Source of the DNA: a virus
Taxonomy: Duplodnaviria; Caudoviricetes
Reading direction: 5' to 3' (one strand)
IMG/VR virus record: IMGVR_UViG_3300032237_000809
Location: 1 to 64,000 of that record
Length of the DNA: 64,000 nucleotides
Both the position numbers and the translations under genes were made by a program. Positions 59,490-64,000 of this stretch are shown here, piece by piece. Position 1 is the first letter of the stretch, and each line of letters begins with the position of its first letter. The notes under the pieces were generated by a model. The model was not told the origin of the DNA. It searched no databases and was given only the letters and a program-made list of their open reading frames with translations.

Positions 59490-59963
59490 ATGGCAATAAG
59501 AAGATCGCGTAAAGATGAAACTGAAGAAGAAATTGCAGGACAACCAATTCCAAGAAAAAATCTTAGTCCTAAGAAAAGACATGAATTTGAAAAAAGGAGA
59601 AGAGAGGAAAGAGCAAAAAGAGGTGATCCAAGAGTAGGGGATTCTTTTTCTTCTCAAAGAATGATTGGAAGTAGAGGACATGGATCAGAATATGAGAATA
59701 CTAGGGCAATTCGTGAAGAAATTATTTCATATCTTCTGGATGAAGGTTTTGCATCTAATGAGAAATCTGCAGAATCAATTATGAGTGCTATGAGTGAAAC
59801 ATGGATTGAGAGTATTTTTGAAGCAGAAATTCAACCACCAAGAGAAAGGGTTGGTAATCTAACTAATATTAATATCCCTCAAGAAGAAATAGATGCGGCA
59901 AAAAAAAGAACTCTTGAGAAGGCAAGGAGAATGAGGGAAAAAAGAAAAGAAAAAAAAGATTGA
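59490..59963 (+). CDS. late hypothetical protein with an L.DEG(F/Y)A...A..IM..MSE.W module
   Basis: ORF track; late promoter 59464; module shared with 62265 ORF. Confidence 0.8.
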   Translation: MAIRRSRKDETEEEIAGQPIPRKNLSPKKRHEFEKRRREERAKRGDPRVGDSFSSQRMIGSRGHGSEYENTRAIREEIISYLLDEGFASNEKSAESIMSAMSETWIESIFEAEIQPPRERVGNLTNINIPQEEIDAAKKRTLEKARRMREKRKEKKD

Positions 59964-60018
59964 CCACTTTTCAAACTGGTACATGAGAGGGTCTTAGCAC
60001 CCTCTTTTTTCGTATAGT
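59964..60018 (+). promoter_or_regulatory. box + terminator hairpin + -10 composite (copy 2)
   Basis: CCACTTTTCAAACTGGTACA; AGAGGGT-CTTAGC-ACCCTCT-T5; TATAGT 60013. Confidence 0.65.
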
Positions 60019-60041
60019 GGGTTCATACCGCACAAAACCAA

Positions 60042-62225
60042 ATGTCTGTCAATCTTGAAATCAAAGGAATGCTTGCTAAACTTCTGGCAACGGAAGATTT
60101 GATCGTTGAGCACAAAAAAGTAGAGACTGCTTGCTTCAACGTTCATACTCGTGTTTTGACCCTACCTTTCTGGGAAAAGGCTAGTGATGCTGTTTACACG
60201 ATGCTTGTAGCTCATGAATGTGGACATGCAATTTTTACGGATGATACTGATTGGTCCAATGAATATAAAATTCCTAAACAATTTGTGAATATTGTTGAAG
60301 ATGTGCGAATTGAAAAATTGATGAAGCGCAAGTATGCTGGTCTTGCCAAATCTTTTTTCAATGGTTATAGGGAACTTTCAATTGAAGATTTCTTTCAACT
60401 GGGAGATGAAGATGTTAATGAGATGAATCTTGCCGATCGTGTCAATCTTTATTATAAAATCGGAAATTTTATTTCTGTTGATTTTACAGAACAAGAGAAA
60501 GAGATTGTCGATCTTATTGGTAGTGTAGAAACTTTTGATGATGCATTGAAGGCTGCTGAAGTACTTTATAATTACTGTAAGCAAGAAAATGAAGAACAAG
60601 AATCTATTCCTGATCTGGATATTGATGCAAATCAATCTTCGGGTTCTCAGAATGATACACCTTCAGATCTCTCTGATCAAACTCAAGGTGAGAATCAATC
60701 TGAACCTACTCCAGATACTTCCGATAAAGATCAAGATGGAGAAAAATCTCAATCAAATGATTCTAAGAATGATTTTAATAATACACAAGAAAAATCTGTA
60801 GATAATCCAAAACCAAGCAATAAAGGTGGAAAGACTTCCGAACCAAAAGTTAATACTATGGATAAACTTGAGAAGTCTCTCAAAGATCTTGTAAATCTTG
60901 ACTCTGTTGATAATGTTTATGTTGAAATTCCCAAATTGGACATTGATAATCTTATCATCAGCAATTCAGAACTTCATAATGTTTGTGAAGAATACTGGGG
61001 TAACAATGTTGAAGCATTTATCACTGCAGATAAAGAGTTTCGTGAGTTTAAAAATTCTACTCAAAAAGAAGTCAATTATTTGGTGAAAGAATTTGAATGC
61101 CGTAAAGCTGCAGATAGTTATGCTCGCGCTACAACTGCCCGTACTGGTGTTTTAGATTGTACAAAACTTCATACTTACAAATACAATGATGATCTATTCC
61201 GAAAAGTTACCACTCTTGCAGATGGTAAAAATCATGGACTAGTGTTCATTCTGGATTGGTCGGGTTCCATGAGTAGAGTGATGTTGGATACCATTAAACA
61301 ACTTTTTAATCTTATTTGGTTCTGTAAAAAACTGAATATTCCTTTTGATGTCTATGCTTTTACATATGATTATCCAGTTTCTAAACGTGAAGAAAATGGC
61401 ACTGTAATTTATCGCAAACCCTCATACAAAAAAGATGATGGCATACTTTGTATTGATGACTCCTTTTCTTTGCTTAATATGCTGACTAGTAAAGTATCTA
61501 ATAGAACACTAGAAAAACAGATGTTGAATATCTATCGTATTGCCAGATATTTTGGTGATAGGAATTATTCTCCGTATAGCATTCCGATTGGTTGGACCCT
61601 TTCCGGAACACCTTTGAATGAAACTTTGGTTGCTCTTCATGAAATTCTTCCTATCTTTCAAAGGAACAATAAAGCTCAAAAAGTTCAGTGTGTAATTCTC
61701 ACAGATGGTGATGCACCACATTTGAAATATCACAAACAATTTAATAATCGAACGTATGGTGGGGATAGTATCCCATATCTGGGTATTGGATCTCTTGGTC
61801 AAAATTCTTATTTGCGTGATCGTAAGACTGGATATACATATTCTCTGAATTGTGGATATAAGGATTTTTCAAATCTTCTTCTTCGCAATCTTCGGGATAA
61901 ATTTCCATCCGTTAATTTTATTGGTATGAGAATTATAGAATCTCATGATTGTAGTAATTTTATTCGTCATTATACTGGATATAATTATGATTCTGATTAT
62001 GGAAAAATTATGAGTCAATGGAAAAAAGAAAAATCTTTTTCTATTAAAAATTCTGGATACCATACTTATTTTGGTATTTCTGCAAGTTCTCTTTCAAGTA
62101 TTGCAGAATTTCAAGTTATTGAAGATGCTACAAAATCTCAAATTAAAAATGCTTTTATGAAAAGTTTAAAGAGTAAAAAAATGAATAAAAAAGTTCTCAA
62201 TGAATTTATTGATTTAATTGTTTAA
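60042..62225 (+). CDS. metallopeptidase-like/VWA protein (CobT-like partner of the CobS AAA+ ATPase)
   Basis: HECGH (HExxH), N..ED.RIE, acidic linker, MIDAS DWSGS, GTPL, LTDG. Confidence 0.88.
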   Translation: MSVNLEIKGMLAKLLATEDLIVEHKKVETACFNVHTRVLTLPFWEKASDAVYTMLVAHECGHAIFTDDTDWSNEYKIPKQFVNIVEDVRIEKLMKRKYAGLAKSFFNGYRELSIEDFFQLGDEDVNEMNLADRVNLYYKIGNFISVDFTEQEKEIVDLIGSVETFDDALKAAEVLYNYCKQENEEQESIPDLDIDANQSSGSQNDTPSDLSDQTQGENQSEPTPDTSDKDQDGEKSQSNDSKNDFNNTQEKSVDNPKPSNKGGKTSEPKVNTMDKLEKSLKDLVNLDSVDNVYVEIPKLDIDNLIISNSELHNVCEEYWGNNVEAFITADKEFREFKNSTQKEVNYLVKEFECRKAADSYARATTARTGVLDCTKLHTYKYNDDLFRKVTTLADGKNHGLVFILDWSGSMSRVMLDTIKQLFNLIWFCKKLNIPFDVYAFTYDYPVSKREENGTVIYRKPSYKKDDGILCIDDSFSLLNMLTSKVSNRTLEKQMLNIYRIARYFGDRNYSPYSIPIGWTLSGTPLNETLVALHEILPIFQRNNKAQKVQCVILTDGDAPHLKYHKQFNNRTYGGDSIPYLGIGSLGQNSYLRDRKTGYTYSLNCGYKDFSNLLLRNLRDKFPSVNFIGMRIIESHDCSNFIRHYTGYNYDSDYGKIMSQWKKEKSFSIKNSGYHTYFGISASSLSSIAEFQVIEDATKSQIKNAFMKSLKSKKMNKKVLNEFIDLIV

Positions 62226-62264
62226 TTTATAAATAAGAATAGTAAAAGTAAAGTAAATAAGAAA

Positions 62265-63347
62265 ATGAACTCTGAACAAATTAAAGATCTTCATCTACTC
62301 TATACCGCAGTCTATGATGAAGATCTCAGAAAACAGTTTGATGAATATAACAATACCATCTATGACGAAGATATTGTAGAAGTTGCCACAGAGTACTTCT
62401 ATGCATATGGTCTGAATGATGATGGTATTGATATTCTGATTGAAAACATTGGTCTCGATTCTTTTGTGGAATTTGTTTATGATTTATCAGAAGATCTTTA
62501 TGATCTTACGGAAGCAAGAGCAGCAAGAAAAGCAAGGCCTGGTGGCAAAACTATTGAGCAAGTAAAAGCAGATATTGACGCCAAAGAAAAAAAAGCAGCA
62601 GCAAAGAAGGAAGCAAAGAAAAAAGTTACTACAGCAGCTACTGAGAAAACAGAAACAGAGAGAGTAAAACCAGAAACTCGTGGTCCTGAGAGTCAGGCAA
62701 AAGCACAACAACCAAAGGGAAAAAAACCTGTAAGAGATGCCATAGCAAGAACCATTCTTCAAGGTATTGAGCGTCATAATAAGGCAACAGCGACTGCAGG
62801 GCGCCTTGCTGGTGAAACTGGAGCAACTCTTGGTAGAATCGGTTCACTCGCTGCAGAGGCAGGTAGAAGGGCAGGTGAGCATATTAAAAAGCATGGATTG
62901 AAATCTCTTGCACATGAAGAAGTTGAACTTTTGGCGAATCAACTTATTGAGGAAGGTTATGATCTGAGTGATTATACTTGGGATGATATGATTGAGATTT
63001 ATGAAAAAACTGAGTCTAAGTATAAACCAAAAACCAAAGAAGAACTTGCAAGATATGTCTCTGCTCTTGATAGACTGCATCGTATGGCTACAGAAGTACG
63101 TGGACCAGAACCATCATCAACTCCAGAGAAAAAAAGAAAACCAAAAACGGATATGAGAAATGTCCAAGTTCATGAAGATCTTTATGATGTAATTCTCTCA
63201 CATCTTATCGATGAAGGTTATGCTGATTCTGTAGAACGGGCAGAAGTTATTATGGTGAATATGAGTGAAGAGTGGAGAGATGGAATTCTTGATGAAGCAA
63301 ATAGAGCAGACGATCATGTAACATCGAGTATGTATATGAGTAGTTAA
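62265..63347 (+). CDS. late modular hypothetical protein (candidate internal head protein); 3' end possibly frameshifted
   Basis: Late promoter 62228; L.EEGYDLS..TWDDM and LIDEGYA...A..IM.NMSEEW modules. Confidence 0.8.
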   Translation: MNSEQIKDLHLLYTAVYDEDLRKQFDEYNNTIYDEDIVEVATEYFYAYGLNDDGIDILIENIGLDSFVEFVYDLSEDLYDLTEARAARKARPGGKTIEQVKADIDAKEKKAAAKKEAKKKVTTAATEKTETERVKPETRGPESQAKAQQPKGKKPVRDAIARTILQGIERHNKATATAGRLAGETGATLGRIGSLAAEAGRRAGEHIKKHGLKSLAHEEVELLANQLIEEGYDLSDYTWDDMIEIYEKTESKYKPKTKEELARYVSALDRLHRMATEVRGPEPSSTPEKKRKPKTDMRNVQVHEDLYDVILSHLIDEGYADSVERAEVIMVNMSEEWRDGILDEANRADDHVTSSMYMSS

Positions 63348-63488
63348 CCATCTACCACAAATGCAAAAAAAATATCGTAGGCAAGGTAGAGACTTTAAGG
63401 GAGTTTTGCATCGTGATGATTGGGAAACCCAAGGAGAACCAATAAGACAAAAGGCACATAAAGATAGAAGAGGTGTAAAATCATAAAA

Positions 63489-63544
63489 CCACTTTCCAAA
63501 CCGTCACAAGGGGCACTTACCTGCCCCTTTTTTGTGTGTATAAT
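63489..63544 (+). promoter_or_regulatory. box + terminator hairpin + -10 composite (copy 3)
   Basis: CCACTTTCCAAACCGTCACA; AAGGGGCA-CTTACC-TGCCCCTT-TTTT; TATAAT 63539. Confidence 0.7.
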
Positions 63545-63578
63545 AAGAGAGTTCAAATGAAACACACCTAACTACATT

Positions 63579-64000
63579 ATGTCTCGTAAAAATTCTGTGA
63601 CCGACGATCAACTGTTTACTGAACTCAAAGAACTGTTTGGTTCTGAATTTAGTGCTGGTGATATCCGTGGATATTGTGCTTTTAACAATCTTAATTATCA
63701 GACCGTGACTCGCCGTCTGGAACCATTTAAAACTGATCGTGGTCGTTGGAATCTTGAAGTGACTCAAGAAAAAATTGACCAAATTGAGCATACCTTCCAA
63801 TCCCCCGCCGCTCTTCCAAGTCTTCCAGTTGTGCAACAAAATCTTATTCCTGAAAAAGACAATACTTTTGTTAAATTTGGAAATTTTAACGATATTAAAA
63901 AAATTATCTCTTCAAATCTTTTTTATCCGACGTTTATTACTGGTCTTTCTGGCAACGGAAAAACTTTCGGTATTGAGCAGGCATGTGCTCAACTGAAACG
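63579..64000 (+). CDS. cobS: CobS/MoxR-like AAA+ ATPase, truncated by window end
   Basis: Manual translation MSRKNSVTDDQL...RGRWNL...FVKFGNF...FITGLSGNGKT (Walker A); open to window edge. Confidence 0.9.
   Translation, partial: MSRKNSVTDDQLFTELKELFGSEFSAGDIRGYCAFNNLNYQTVTRRLEPFKTDRGRWNLEVTQEKIDQIEHTFQSPAALPSLPVVQQNLIPEKDNTFVKFGNFNDIKKIISSNLFYPTFITGLSGNGKTFGIEQACAQLK

Noticed and set aside
1333-63839. Numerous minus-strand and nested alternative-frame ORFs in the track (e.g. 41071..41529, 48055..48501, 50088..50501, 55951..56388)
   Set aside because: Shadows of well-supported + strand genes with no recognisable motifs
63775-63996. 73-aa + strand ORF from the track
   Set aside because: Out of frame with the CobS-like ORF starting at 63579, which has a Walker A motif
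1-64000. tRNA/rRNA genes, stop-codon recoding, diversity-generating retroelement
   Set aside because: No cloverleaf or rRNA seen by eye; core genes are intact in code 11; no reverse transcriptase or template/variable repeat pair noticed (tRNAscan and a self-alignment would confirm)
63579-64000. Cobalamin biosynthesis function for cobS
   Set aside because: No cobN or other cob genes in the window; the name reflects MoxR-family similarity only

Overview
A 64-kb segment of a T4-like (Kyanoviridae-type) cyanomyovirus genome. It is AT-rich, uses the standard code, and all credible genes lie on the + strand. Order: (i) about 2.5 kb of GC-richer non-coding/early region with repeats, hairpins, small ORFs and a boxA-like motif; (ii) HNH endonuclease, glycosyltransferase-like gene, speD; (iii) virion module gp25-gp6-gp7 (3893 aa)-gp8-VrlC-like-gp13-14-15-16-17-18-19-20-21-22-23-gp3; (iv) uvsY, uvsW, gp55, gp47, gp46, peptidase/VWA and a truncated CobS-like AAA+ ATPase. 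The most striking feature is a fractured large terminase. Its first ORF carries a Ser1 LAGLIDADG intein with the class-3 W-C-T signature and ends in a 28-aa Ser1 split-intein N-half. A free-standing Vsr/DUF559-like endonuclease follows, then a second ORF starting with the 116-aa C-half. Other notable signals are a T4 capsid-targeting leader on an RlpA-like lytic enzyme, a candidate protease-processed polyprotein, an NblA-like gene, hairpin-gated late promoters on homing endonucleases, and an antisense sigma70 promoter at gp55. All assignments come from motif recognition and synteny; no database search was run.
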